Shown: one piece after another, positions 47,910-57,663 of the stretch
Numbering within the stretch: the stretch's first letter is position 1
How the letters are laid out: each line of letters begins with the position of its first letter
Sequence record: SRR2962707_2232
Length of the DNA stretch: 64,000 bases
Direction: 5' to 3' (one strand)
Made by a program: the position numbers and the translations under genes
Notes under the pieces: model-generated
What the model was told of the DNA's origin: nothing
The model's input: the letters and a program-made list of their open reading frames with translations, nothing else
Databases searched by the model: none

Positions 47910-49154
47910 ATGACGGTTGAAAAGGTTGAGACGCTCGTTGTGGGAGGCGGGCAGGCTGGTGTTGCGGTTAGCGAACATCTAACAAATCTGGGTATTAAAC
48001 ATGTGGTTATTGAACGCGGGCGTATCGCTGAGCGTTGGCGCTCGGAGCGTTGGGATTCGCTCGTGGCGAACGGACCAGCTTGGCATGATCGTTTTCCGTC
48101 AATGGAATTTTCCGATGCTGATGGCGATGCTTTCATCCCTAAAGAAAAAGTCGCTGACTATTTTGTCGAATATGTCGAAAAGTTCGACTTACCTGTTCGC
48201 TGCGGCGTTGAAGTGATTGAAGTGCGCAAAAAGATGGGCGCTATCGGCTTTGAAGTCGATACAGACGCCGGATCATTTGAGGCCGAAAATATTGTGGCGG
48301 CGACGGGGCCGTTTCAAAAGCCAATCATTCCGCCATTAATTCCGCAAGAAGCTGGCGTGACGCAGATGCATTCGCGCGATTATCGCAATCCTGCTCAATT
48401 GCCTGAGGGCGGTGTTTTGGTTGTTGGGGCCGGTTCTTCGGGCGTTCAAATTGCGCAAGAATTGATGGAAGCGGGCAAGCAAGTTTACTTGTCCGTTGGT
48501 CCTCATGATCGTCCGCCTCGCGCCTATCGTGGTCGTGATTTTGTTTGGTGGCTTGGCGTTTTGGGTAAATGGGATGCCTCGACAATGGAGCCGGGCAAAG
48601 AACATGTGACAATCGCGGTGAGCGGTGCTCACGGCGGACAAACCATAGATTTTCGAGATCTTGCGTCTAAGGGCATTACATTGCTCGGACGCACAAATGC
48701 CTATGCTGACGGCGTGGTCACATGTGGTTCTGATCTTGCTAAAAACATCGCGGATGGTGATGCAAATTATCTATCGGTCTTGGATGAAGCGGATGCGTAT
48801 ATTGAACGCAACGGTCTTGATCTTCCTGAAGAGCCGGAGGCTCGTATCATTGCTGCTGATCCCAAATGTATGACAGATCCAATCCTGAAACTCGATCTTG
48901 CTGCCAACGGTATCACGAGTGTTATCTGGGCGACTGGGTTTGTTCAAGATTATAGCTGGTTGAAAGTGGGAGCCTTTGGAGAAAATGGCAAACCAGATCA
49001 TAAACGCGGGATTTCAACGGAGCCTGGCGTCTATTTCTTAGGCCTGCCATGGCAATCGCGGCGTGGATCGTCTTTTATTTGGGGTGTTTGGCACGATGCT
49101 AAATATGTTGCGGACCATATTTTAACGCGGCGAACCTACACAAATTATCGTTAG
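47910..49154 (+). CDS. Flavin-containing monooxygenase, HinF-like
   Basis: VVGGGQAG, ERWRSERWDSLVANGPAWHDRFP, VVGAGSSG, HDRPPRAYRGRDFVWWLG, IWATGF, RGSSFIWGVWHDA. Confidence 0.8.
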   Translation: MTVEKVETLVVGGGQAGVAVSEHLTNLGIKHVVIERGRIAERWRSERWDSLVANGPAWHDRFPSMEFSDADGDAFIPKEKVADYFVEYVEKFDLPVRCGVEVIEVRKKMGAIGFEVDTDAGSFEAENIVAATGPFQKPIIPPLIPQEAGVTQMHSRDYRNPAQLPEGGVLVVGAGSSGVQIAQELMEAGKQVYLSVGPHDRPPRAYRGRDFVWWLGVLGKWDASTMEPGKEHVTIAVSGAHGGQTIDFRDLASKGITLLGRTNAYADGVVTCGSDLAKNIADGDANYLSVLDEADAYIERNGLDLPEEPEARIIAADPKCMTDPILKLDLAANGITSVIWATGFVQDYSWLKVGAFGENGKPDHKRGISTEPGVYFLGLPWQSRRGSSFIWGVWHDAKYVADHILTRRTYTNYR

Positions 49155-49190
49155 AGCTAAGTTTGCAGCACTTTAGTTTTTAAGCATTTG

Positions 49191-49222
49191 AAAACGCGCC
49201 AGATTGGCGCGTTTTTTGTTTT
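49191..49222 (+). terminator. Rho-independent terminator
   Basis: AAAACGCGCCA-GAT-TGGCGCGTTTTTTGTTTT. Confidence 0.8.
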
Positions 49223-49338
49223 TAGGCGGGCGCTTAGCGGTAAATCAATGCCGAAAAATCGTTTATTTTAAGAGCAGGTTGCGTCTTATTTAGGCACTAA
49301 AACATCAATAATTGCTCGGTTTTTGAGCAAATTTTGAC

Positions 49339-49355
49339 GTTAGGCAAAACCTAAC
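49339..49355. promoter_or_regulatory. LysR-type operator upstream of the GMC/ABC operon
   Basis: GTTAGG-CAAAA-CCTAAC inverted repeat, same TTAG-N7-CTAA core as at 47756. Confidence 0.55.
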
Positions 49356-49428
49356 CTAGGCCTTGGCACTTATTAATTCACCGCCGTGTTGCTTTGATGC
49401 AATTCTCTTGAAATTCTAAGAGGACACT

Positions 49429-51027
49429 ATGCACGAAAACGCGTTTGATTACATTATTGTGGGTGCCGGATCGGCTGGATGTGTGATGGCAAATAGGCTA
49501 TCGGCCGATGCGCGCAATTCAGTCTGCATCATCGAAGCCGGCGGCAAGGACACATCACCGCGCGTGCAAATTCCTGCAGGCATTTTAAGTCTCTATGGCA
49601 GCCCGAAATATGACTACGGATATAAAGGCGTGCCACAGCCGGAACTTAACAATCGTTGCCTACCAGTCAATCGTGGCAAAGCATTGGGCGGATCATCGGC
49701 TATCAACTCAATGATTTATATTCGCGGCGCGGCATCAGACTATGATGAATGGGCCGAACTCGGCTGCGAAGGTTGGGCGTGGAATGATGTGTTGCCAGTG
49801 TTTAAGGGCTTTGAGGATAATCATATTGGCCAGTCGTCTGAGTATCACGGCACAGGCGGCGAGCTACATGTTGATCGCGCGCGTGATCCTAACCCTGTTT
49901 CAAAGATGTTTATCGAGGCGGGTAAGGCTGTCGGCTTAGCTGAAAATCTTGATATGAACGCCAAAGAGCAAGAAGGTCTTGGTGTTTATAATGTGACGCA
50001 ACATGACGGCAAACGCTGGTCTTCTTTCCGGGCGTTTTTGCATCCGATTATGAATAGCGCAAACCTGACGGTCAAAGCGCAAACGGACACCGATCATATT
50101 ATTATTGAAAATGGCAAAGCGACGGGTGTTGTTATTCAAACACCGGCAGGCCCTCAGACTTTGACCGCCCGTAAAGAGGTAATCTTATGCGCTGGCTCAA
50201 TTGGCACCCCGCATTTGTTGATGAAGTCTGGCATTGGTCCTGCGCAAATGCTCAAAGATGCGGGCGTAAAAGTTGTCGCAGATATTGCCGGTGTTGGTCA
50301 GAATTTGCGCGACCATTTTGATGGCATGATTACAGTGCGATCAAAATCCACAAAGACATTAGGCCTCTCGCTCGCTAACCTGCCTGAAATGCTAGCAACG
50401 CCATTCAAATGGTTGTTTGCGCGCAAGGGTATGCTGACAACAAACTACGTCGAGGCCGGCGGTTTTGCGCGTACAAAATATGCAAACCAAGAACCAGATA
50501 TTCAATTTCATTTTGTGCCAGGCTACCGCAGCCATCGCGGTAAGTTGGTGGAATATGGCCATGGCTATGCGATCCATACCTGTGTGCTTCGGCCAAAATC
50601 AATTGGCGAAGTGCGTCTGTCAAAGGCCGGTGATTTAGAAATTGACCACAAAGCTTTTATCAATCTTGATGATGCAAAAGTTTTGGTGGAGGGAATAAAA
50701 GTTGCCCGCCAGATTTTAGCTGACAACACGTTTGATGATATCCGCGGAAAGGAAATGCTTCCGGGGGATGATGTAAAAAGTGATGAGGATATTCTTGCCT
50801 ATCTGCGCGACGAGGCTTTGACCGTCTATCACCCTGTTGGCACGTGCAAAATGGGTGTCGATGATATGGCGGTTTGTGATCCTACAACTTTAAAAGTGCG
50901 CGGACTGGAAGGTTTGCGTATTGCTGACGCGTCAATCATGCCGACCCTGATCGGCGGCAACACAAATGCGCCTTCAATGATGATTGGTGAGAAATGTGCG
51001 GCGATGATCTTGGCGAAGCACCATTGA
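49429..51027 (+). CDS. GMC-family flavoprotein oxidoreductase
   Basis: DYIIVGAGSAG, GKALGGSSAINSMIY.RG, YHPVGTCKMG, GGNTNAP. Confidence 0.88.
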   Translation: MHENAFDYIIVGAGSAGCVMANRLSADARNSVCIIEAGGKDTSPRVQIPAGILSLYGSPKYDYGYKGVPQPELNNRCLPVNRGKALGGSSAINSMIYIRGAASDYDEWAELGCEGWAWNDVLPVFKGFEDNHIGQSSEYHGTGGELHVDRARDPNPVSKMFIEAGKAVGLAENLDMNAKEQEGLGVYNVTQHDGKRWSSFRAFLHPIMNSANLTVKAQTDTDHIIIENGKATGVVIQTPAGPQTLTARKEVILCAGSIGTPHLLMKSGIGPAQMLKDAGVKVVADIAGVGQNLRDHFDGMITVRSKSTKTLGLSLANLPEMLATPFKWLFARKGMLTTNYVEAGGFARTKYANQEPDIQFHFVPGYRSHRGKLVEYGHGYAIHTCVLRPKSIGEVRLSKAGDLEIDHKAFINLDDAKVLVEGIKVARQILADNTFDDIRGKEMLPGDDVKSDEDILAYLRDEALTVYHPVGTCKMGVDDMAVCDPTTLKVRGLEGLRIADASIMPTLIGGNTNAPSMMIGEKCAAMILAKHH

Positions 51028-51087
51028 AATTATTCTATTTTTTACGCTGCTCCGCAGCGTGATGGGTAAACCACTGAGGGATGCCAA

Positions 51088-52161
51088 ATGACCAGTAATA
51101 CAGCCGTTGAGGTGATTGATGTCTCTAAGCAGTTCGGTTCTTATACCGCGCTTGACCATGTGACATTTAGCATTCGCCAGAACGAGTTCTTCACGTTGCT
51201 GGGTCCTTCTGGCTGCGGTAAGACGACGTTGCTGCGTATGATCGCTGGTTTTACAGCGCCTTCTAACGGGACAATACTCCTAAATAATCGTGATATTGCG
51301 CAGATGCCTGCGCACAAACGGCCAGTGAACACCGTATTTCAAAGTTATGCGCTGTTCCCGCATATGACACTAAGCCAGAATGTAGCCTTCGGGCTAGAGA
51401 ATCTCGGCTGGGATAAAACACGTGTAAAAAACCGTGTCGGCCAAATGCTTGAAATGGTGCATATGTCGCCCTTCGCAGACAGAAAGCCAGACCAGCTATC
51501 GGGTGGTCAACGCCAGCGTATTGCTTTGGCGCGTGCCTTGGCGTGCGAGCCAGAAGTGTTGTTGCTCGATGAGCCGCTGTCAGCACTGGACCTTAAATTA
51601 CGCCAGTCGATGCGCGATGAATTGCGCAAACTGCAGCGCGAAACTGGCATCACTTTTGTGTTCGTGACCCACGATCAAGAAGAAGCCTTGGATATGTCTG
51701 ATCGCATTGCGGTTATGGGCAATGGCCGTGTGCAGCAACTTGGCACGCCGGACGAAATTTATGAAAATCCAGAAAACCGTTTTGTCGCCGACTTCATAGG
51801 AGAAACGAATTTCCTTGAAGGTGAGGTGGTTGAAATCATTGGTGATAAGGCCCGTATCAAAACGGAACTTGGTACAGATGTTACCACGTTTCACCATGGT
51901 TTAGAGGGCCTTGGCCCCGCGACGCTTTCTATCCGCCCTGAGAAAATCAGTATTGGTGACAACCCTTCCGGAACGGTTCGCACGGGTACGGTTATGAACA
52001 CAAATTATATGGGCGGCTATACCCATTATACGGTTCATACCGGCGGTATCGATCTTCGTGTGTCAAAGCGCAATGCCGTCTCACGCTTCCAAAAGCTACA
52101 GGTTGGCGCAGAAGTTCAAATTGGCTTCCTAGAAGAAAATGCGCGGGTGCTGGGCAAATGA
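51088..52161 (+). CDS. Polyamine-type (PotA-like) ABC transporter ATP-binding protein
   Basis: GPSGCGKTT, RPVNTVFQSYALFPHM, LSGGQRQR, C-terminal TOBE region. Confidence 0.88.
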   Translation: MTSNTAVEVIDVSKQFGSYTALDHVTFSIRQNEFFTLLGPSGCGKTTLLRMIAGFTAPSNGTILLNNRDIAQMPAHKRPVNTVFQSYALFPHMTLSQNVAFGLENLGWDKTRVKNRVGQMLEMVHMSPFADRKPDQLSGGQRQRIALARALACEPEVLLLDEPLSALDLKLRQSMRDELRKLQRETGITFVFVTHDQEEALDMSDRIAVMGNGRVQQLGTPDEIYENPENRFVADFIGETNFLEGEVVEIIGDKARIKTELGTDVTTFHHGLEGLGPATLSIRPEKISIGDNPSGTVRTGTVMNTNYMGGYTHYTVHTGGIDLRVSKRNAVSRFQKLQVGAEVQIGFLEENARVLGK

Positions 52162-53033
52162 TGAAATCATTTCGCTTCTGGGGCCTTGTGCCTGTTTGGG
52201 CATTGATGCTGTTTTCGCTGATCGTACCGGTCTTGATTGTTGCCGGTGTGAGCGTTGCAAATCGCGGTGCCTATGGCGGGTTTGAATGGGGTTTTGATCT
52301 TTCTTCCTATCGCGAAATTTTATTCACATTGGGATGGACGGACGAATTGGAGTTCGATCCCAAATACCTCATCATCATTGGGCGCACACTTTTATATGCT
52401 GGGCTTGCAACCGGTATTGCCGTTATGCTGGCTATTCCCGTTGCCTATTATATTTCGCTGCAATCAGCGCGCGTTAAAGCGGTGCTCATCTATCTTGTGA
52501 CACTTCCATTTTGGGTTTCGATGATTGTGCGCGTCTATGCGTGGTTGATCATTTTGGGCAATGATGGATTGGCCGAAGATGTCTATAAGTTTTTTGGCGG
52601 CGGTGATGTTTCGACGTTCCTATTCACGCCCGGCGCGATGCTCGTTGGCATGGTTTATAGCTATATTCCGTTCATGATCTTGCCGGTTTTTGCGTCGATT
52701 GAGAAAATTGAACCAGCGCTTATTGAGGCGAGCCATGACCTTTATGGCAATCGCTGGGTCGCGGCGCGGCGGGTCATTTTACCTTTGTCTGCACCGGGCA
52801 TTGCCGCCGGCAGTATTCTCGTTTTCGTGCCTTGTCTTGGCACTGTGCTTGAGCCGATGCTTTTGGGCGGCGGTAAGCAGTTGATGATGGGTACGCTCAT
52901 TCAAACGCAATTTGGCGGTGGGCGAAACTGGCCATTTGGCGCGGCTATCGCGATGGTGTTGTTGATCCTCGTTATCAGCGTTTTGGTGATGAATGCGCGG
53001 CGCGCCAATCGCTTTGCGAGGGCTGCAGCATGA
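52158..53033 (+). CDS. Polyamine-type (PotB-like) ABC permease
   Basis: LPFWVSMIVRVYAW, EASHDLYG (EAA loop), RNWPFGAA. Confidence 0.87.
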   Translation: MMKSFRFWGLVPVWALMLFSLIVPVLIVAGVSVANRGAYGGFEWGFDLSSYREILFTLGWTDELEFDPKYLIIIGRTLLYAGLATGIAVMLAIPVAYYISLQSARVKAVLIYLVTLPFWVSMIVRVYAWLIILGNDGLAEDVYKFFGGGDVSTFLFTPGAMLVGMVYSYIPFMILPVFASIEKIEPALIEASHDLYGNRWVAARRVILPLSAPGIAAGSILVFVPCLGTVLEPMLLGGGKQLMMGTLIQTQFGGGRNWPFGAAIAMVLLILVISVLVMNARRANRFARAAA

Positions 53034-53830
53034 GTAACAAAGACGATATTCGCACCTATCCGGGCCTTCGTTCATTGTCCATCGTGTTCTTTGCTTGGCT
53101 ATATCTGCCGATCATTGTTGTTGTGGTGTATTCATTCAACGAGAACCGGTTGGTATCCGTTTGGACGCAATTTTCAACGCATTGGTATGTTCAGGCATTG
53201 CAAAACCAGTCTTTGCTTAATGCTCTTGAGGTATCGTTGATCGTGGCCTTTGTGGCGACGATATTTTCGACGTCTATCGCATTGCTCGCTGCATTGGTAC
53301 TGACGCGATACAGCGATTTACGCTTCAAGCGTCTGAGCGAGACCGTTGTGAACTTGCCGCTTTTGCTGCCAGAAATTGTGCTCGCTGTTGCTGTGCTGAT
53401 TTTGTTTTCGCGCATTGGCCTTTCTAACGGCATTGTTAAATTGATCATTGCGCATACGGCGTTTTGCGTTCCTTTCGCATTTTTGCCGATCCGCGCGCGC
53501 CTGCAAGGCATGTCACTCGATTATCAAGATGCTGCACGTGATCTTTATGCCACGCAGCTAACGACTTTTCGGCGTGTCACACTGCCGATGATCATGCCCG
53601 GTGTATTTGCCGGTATGATGACGGCGTTTGTTATTTCGATGGATGATTTCATTACGTCGAACATGCTCAATTCTGGCGGCGCGACCACACTGCCGGTCTA
53701 TATTTTTAGCCTAATTCGCCAAGGCACCACACCGGAACTCAATGCGATTTCTACCCTACTAATTCTTGCTTCACTCTGTCTGGCCAGCATTGCGCTTTTG
53801 CTCAATGCGCGGGCGATGAGGCGGCTTTGA
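53030..53830 (+). CDS. Polyamine-type (PotC-like) ABC permease
   Basis: LYLPIIVVVVYSFN, DAARDLYA, SMDDF, TPELNAISTL. Confidence 0.87.
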   Translation: MSNKDDIRTYPGLRSLSIVFFAWLYLPIIVVVVYSFNENRLVSVWTQFSTHWYVQALQNQSLLNALEVSLIVAFVATIFSTSIALLAALVLTRYSDLRFKRLSETVVNLPLLLPEIVLAVAVLILFSRIGLSNGIVKLIIAHTAFCVPFAFLPIRARLQGMSLDYQDAARDLYATQLTTFRRVTLPMIMPGVFAGMMTAFVISMDDFITSNMLNSGGATTLPVYIFSLIRQGTTPELNAISTLLILASLCLASIALLLNARAMRRL

Positions 53831-53894
53831 TCACTTGCCTAGCCCGAAGGCAAAACCTTCACACCCACGAAACGGGCCAACACGGAGAACATTT

Positions 53895-54911
53895 ATGAGA
53901 AAACATTTATTACTTGCAACTACGTTGATGCTGCCATTCGTAACGCCTGCGGCCGCTGAAGGTTCGTTGAATGTTTACGCATGGGCGGATTCAATTTCGC
54001 CGGAACTTATTGAAAAGTTCACAGCAGAAACGGGTATTGACGTGACGGTTGATACATTTTCTTCAAACGAAGATGCGCTGACAAAACTGCAGGCTGGCTC
54101 ATCTGGTTATGACTTGGTGACACCTTCTCAGCACTTTGTAAAAATCATGGCTGACGAAGGTCTGCTTGAAAAAATCAATGCGTTTGAAATGGACGCCTAT
54201 GGCCAGCTTGATGACCGCTGGAAAGGCCAGTGGTGGGACCCGAAGAGTGAATATTCCGTACCGCTTGCCTATGGTACAGCCGGATTTACAGTCAACCGCG
54301 ACAAATACCAAGGCCCTGTCGATACCTGGAAAGTTTTGTTTGAACCAACGGATTTGGCAGGCTCAATTGCCATGTTGTCTTATCCAGACGAAGTTGTTGG
54401 TGCGGCGCAGCTTTATCTTGGCGTTGAGTTTTGTTCTGAGGACAAATCAGAAATGAAGCGCGTTTATGATCTGCTTGCAGCACAGAAACCAAGCGTTGCA
54501 GCCTACACTTCTGATAACATTGAAAACCGTATCGGTTCTGGCGAAGTCGCAGCCCATTTCTGGTGGGATGGCAACACATTGCGTCTGCGCAATGATGGCG
54601 CGAACATTGAATACGCAATGCCAAAAGAAGGCCTCGTTGGCTGGCTTGATAGTTTTGTAGTGCCTGCCGGTGCAGCAAACATTGATAATGCAAAAGCGTT
54701 CATGAACTTCATGTCGACTGTTGAAAACGCAACAATCCAGTACAACTATTATGCGCACGCAGCGCCGATGGAAATTGACGCAAGCAAAGCGCTTTACACA
54801 AAGGAAAATGCACCAGAGCTTTTCCCTGATGTACCGGTTGTTTTCTCAAAAGCATGTAGCCCAGCTGCACAGGATCTTGTGACCAAAATCTGGTCTGACC
54901 TTCTGCAATAA
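53895..54911 (+). CDS. Polyamine-type (PotD-like) ABC substrate-binding protein
   Basis: Signal peptide, LNVYAWADSI, FSSNE, GYDLVTPS, PKEG..GWLDS. ATG 53895 follows GGAG. Confidence 0.87.
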   Translation: MRKHLLLATTLMLPFVTPAAAEGSLNVYAWADSISPELIEKFTAETGIDVTVDTFSSNEDALTKLQAGSSGYDLVTPSQHFVKIMADEGLLEKINAFEMDAYGQLDDRWKGQWWDPKSEYSVPLAYGTAGFTVNRDKYQGPVDTWKVLFEPTDLAGSIAMLSYPDEVVGAAQLYLGVEFCSEDKSEMKRVYDLLAAQKPSVAAYTSDNIENRIGSGEVAAHFWWDGNTLRLRNDGANIEYAMPKEGLVGWLDSFVVPAGAANIDNAKAFMNFMSTVENATIQYNYYAHAAPMEIDASKALYTKENAPELFPDVPVVFSKACSPAAQDLVTKIWSDLLQ

Positions 54912-54925
54912 TAGATTATAAATAG

Positions 54926-54953
54926 GCATCCGCCCTCATAAGAGGGCGGATGC
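54926..54953 (+). other. Intercistronic 12-bp stem-loop after the binding-protein gene
   Basis: GCATCCGCCCTC-ATAA-GAGGGCGGATGC, no U-tract. Confidence 0.65.
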
Positions 54954-55006
54954 AACACATTTGATGATAGGCACATGGAACCATGCTGCTGTTAACGGAG
55001 ACTAAA

Positions 55007-55435
55007 ATGACACATACCCGCATCCGCAAGTTCAATACTAAGGAAACCTATCCTGAGCAGAACCTAGACAATGATCTTTGTCAGGCGGTTGTCACGCAAG
55101 GCGGGAAAACGGTTTGGCTGCGTGGCCAGTGTCCGCAAAATTTGGACGATGCCAAAAATATTGATAGCCATGATCCTGTAGAGCAGACCCACAAGGTGAT
55201 GCAAAATATTCGCCAGCTGATCGAAGAGGCGGGCGGTTCGATGGAACATCTGGTTAAGATCGTCGTCTACATTACAGATGTGCGTCACCGCGAAGCGGTT
55301 TACCGCACAATGGGTGAATATATTAAAGGCGTGTATCCTGTTTCAACTGGCATCGTGGTGCAGGCACTTGCGCGCCCTGATTGGTTGGTTGAAATCGATG
55401 GCACGGCCGTCATTCCCGACGATTATAAAGGTTGA
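55007..55435 (+). CDS. RidA/YjgF-family protein, HinL-like
   Basis: THTRIRKFNTKETYPEQNLDNDLCQAV, YPVSTGIVVQALARPDWLVEID. ATG 55007 follows GGAG. Confidence 0.83.
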   Translation: MTHTRIRKFNTKETYPEQNLDNDLCQAVVTQGGKTVWLRGQCPQNLDDAKNIDSHDPVEQTHKVMQNIRQLIEEAGGSMEHLVKIVVYITDVRHREAVYRTMGEYIKGVYPVSTGIVVQALARPDWLVEIDGTAVIPDDYKG

Positions 55436-55439
55436 TTTT

Positions 55440-56114
55440 ATGACATTTTCAATTGTCGCTCGTTGCGCTGAAACAGGCATGTTTGGGATGGCGATTTCGT
55501 CTTCATCTCCAGCCGTTGCGGCGCGGTGCGCCTATGCACGTGCAGGTGTTGGCGCTGTCGCCTCGCAAAATATTACCGATCCAACATTGGGGCCGTTGAC
55601 ACTTGACCTGATGGAGAGCGGTTTGTCTGCGCCCGATGCGATTGCGCAAGTGCAGGCGCAGAGCCAGTTTATGGAATACCGCCAAGTAATTGCGGTTGAC
55701 GCGGAGGGTAAGACTGCGATCCACTCTGGCCCAAACTCGTTGGGAATATGGACGCAGGTTTTAGCTGAGAATGTTGCTTCGGGAGGTAATTTGCTTGCCA
55801 ATGATACGATCCCGCAGGCGATTGTGGACGCGTTTTTAGCCACTAAAGGCCATATTGGTGATCGCTTGATCGCAGCGATGCGCGCAGGCTTAGAAGCTGG
55901 CGGTGAGGCTGGTCCTGTTCATTCTGCAGGCATGATGATCGTTGATAAGGTTGCATGGCCCGTCGCAGATTTGCGCTGCGATTGGACCGAAGATTGCCCG
56001 ATTGAGGCGATTGCAACGGCTTGGGAAATCTACAAGCCGCAGCTGGGCGCTTACGTTCAACGCGCGCTCGATCCGCGCGAGGCGCCATCTTATGGCGTCC
56101 CGGGTGATGAATAA
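55440..56114 (+). CDS. DUF1028-family Ntn-hydrolase-like protein, HinH-like
   Basis: N-terminal TFSIVARC..TG.FG.A.SSSSPAVAARC, AGGEAGPVHSAG, RALDP..APSYGVPGDE. Confidence 0.83.
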   Translation: MTFSIVARCAETGMFGMAISSSSPAVAARCAYARAGVGAVASQNITDPTLGPLTLDLMESGLSAPDAIAQVQAQSQFMEYRQVIAVDAEGKTAIHSGPNSLGIWTQVLAENVASGGNLLANDTIPQAIVDAFLATKGHIGDRLIAAMRAGLEAGGEAGPVHSAGMMIVDKVAWPVADLRCDWTEDCPIEAIATAWEIYKPQLGAYVQRALDPREAPSYGVPGDE

Positions 56115-56156
56115 TTATGGCGCTGACGCGTCTTACAAATATTACGAGGTTTTAGA

Positions 56157-57650
56157 ATGGAACTGACTTATGCGCAGTGGCAGGCCGAAGCGGAAAAACT
56201 GACCTTTCGCACCAAGGCTTATATTGATGGTAAATTCGTCGATGCTGTATCGGGCAAGACCTTCGATACAATAAACCCTGCAACAGGCGAAGTTTTAGCG
56301 AAAGTCGCTGAATGTGACGCGGCCGATGTTGATCTCGCGGTTGCCGCAGCGCGTAAGGCATTTGAGGACGGGCGTTGGTCGCGCATGGACCCAGCCGGTC
56401 GCAAGGCTGTGCTACTGAAACTCGCTGATCTAATCCGTGAGAACTGGATTGAACTCGCGCTGCTCGACAGTCTGGATATGGGTAAATTGGTGAAAGATGC
56501 CGCAACGGTTGATGTGCCGGGGTCTGCGCATTTTTTCCAATGGTACGGCGAAGCCATCGACAAAATTTATGATGAAGTTGCACCAACGGCTGTTGGCAAT
56601 CTAGCGCTTGTGCGCCGCGTGCCGCTTGGCGTTGTTGGCGCGGTTGTGCCATGGAATTTTCCGCTTGATATGGCGACATGGAAGTCGGCGGCAGCGCTTG
56701 CTGCGGGCAATTCGGTTGTGCTTAAGCCAGCAGAGCAATCGCCATTATCGGCTTTGCGTCTGGCTGAATTGGCAACTGAGGCCGGTGTGCCGGATGGCGT
56801 TTTCAACGTGGTTCCGGGTTTTGGCGCAACGGCGGGCAAAGCGCTCGGTCTGCACATGGATGTTGATTGCCTCGCATTCACCGGCTCTACAGCGACTGGA
56901 AAACGCTTCATGGAATATTCGGGCCAGTCAAACCTCAAACAGGTTTGGCCAGAAACGGGCGGGAAAAGCCCTAACATCGTTTTTGCCGATTGTGAGGATC
57001 TCGAAGCTGCCGCTGATATGGCCGCTTTTGGCATATTCTTTAATCAGGGCGAGGTTTGTTCGGCCAATAGCCGACTTTATGTTGAACGGTCGATTCAAGA
57101 TAAGTTTCTTGCCTTGATGGCAAAGCGGGCAGAAGCAATGCAGCCCGGTGATCCGCTAGACCCAGCTTCAACCATGGGCGCTATTGTGGATGAGCGACAG
57201 ACAGTTTCCATCATGGAAAAAGTTGAAGCCGCTAAACTAACCGCTCGTCTTGTGACCGGTGGAACGCGGAGCGATGTTAAAGGCAAGGGGTGCTTTATCA
57301 CGCCGACGATTTTTGGCGATGTGGCGCAATCTGATCCGATTGCGCAGGATGAAGTGTTTGGGCCTGTACTTGCGGTGATCCCATTTGATAGTGAGGAAGA
57401 GGCCATCGCGATGGCCAATGATTCCATTTATGGATTGGCCGCATCCGTCTGGACCGATAATCTAAGCCGTGCTTTGCGGGTTTCGGAAAAATTGCATGTT
57501 GGCACAGTGTCGGTGAATACAGTTGATGCACTTTCGGCTCAAACGCCTTTTGGCGGGATGAAACAATCGGGCTTTGGGCGCGATTTGTCTTTGCACTCAT
57601 TCGATAAATACACCGCGTTGAAGACAACGTGGATAAAGTATAAGACTTAG
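56157..57650 (+). CDS. Aldehyde dehydrogenase (PuuC-like; HinD-like imidazoleacetaldehyde dehydrogenase by context)
   Basis: LDMGK, VVPWNFPL, LKPAEQS, FTGST, ETGGKS, FNQGEVCSA, PFGGMKQSGFGRD. Confidence 0.85.
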   Translation: MELTYAQWQAEAEKLTFRTKAYIDGKFVDAVSGKTFDTINPATGEVLAKVAECDAADVDLAVAAARKAFEDGRWSRMDPAGRKAVLLKLADLIRENWIELALLDSLDMGKLVKDAATVDVPGSAHFFQWYGEAIDKIYDEVAPTAVGNLALVRRVPLGVVGAVVPWNFPLDMATWKSAAALAAGNSVVLKPAEQSPLSALRLAELATEAGVPDGVFNVVPGFGATAGKALGLHMDVDCLAFTGSTATGKRFMEYSGQSNLKQVWPETGGKSPNIVFADCEDLEAAADMAAFGIFFNQGEVCSANSRLYVERSIQDKFLALMAKRAEAMQPGDPLDPASTMGAIVDERQTVSIMEKVEAAKLTARLVTGGTRSDVKGKGCFITPTIFGDVAQSDPIAQDEVFGPVLAVIPFDSEEEAIAMANDSIYGLAASVWTDNLSRALRVSEKLHVGTVSVNTVDALSAQTPFGGMKQSGFGRDLSLHSFDKYTALKTTWIKYKT

Positions 57651-57663
57651 ATTTGCACAAGAC

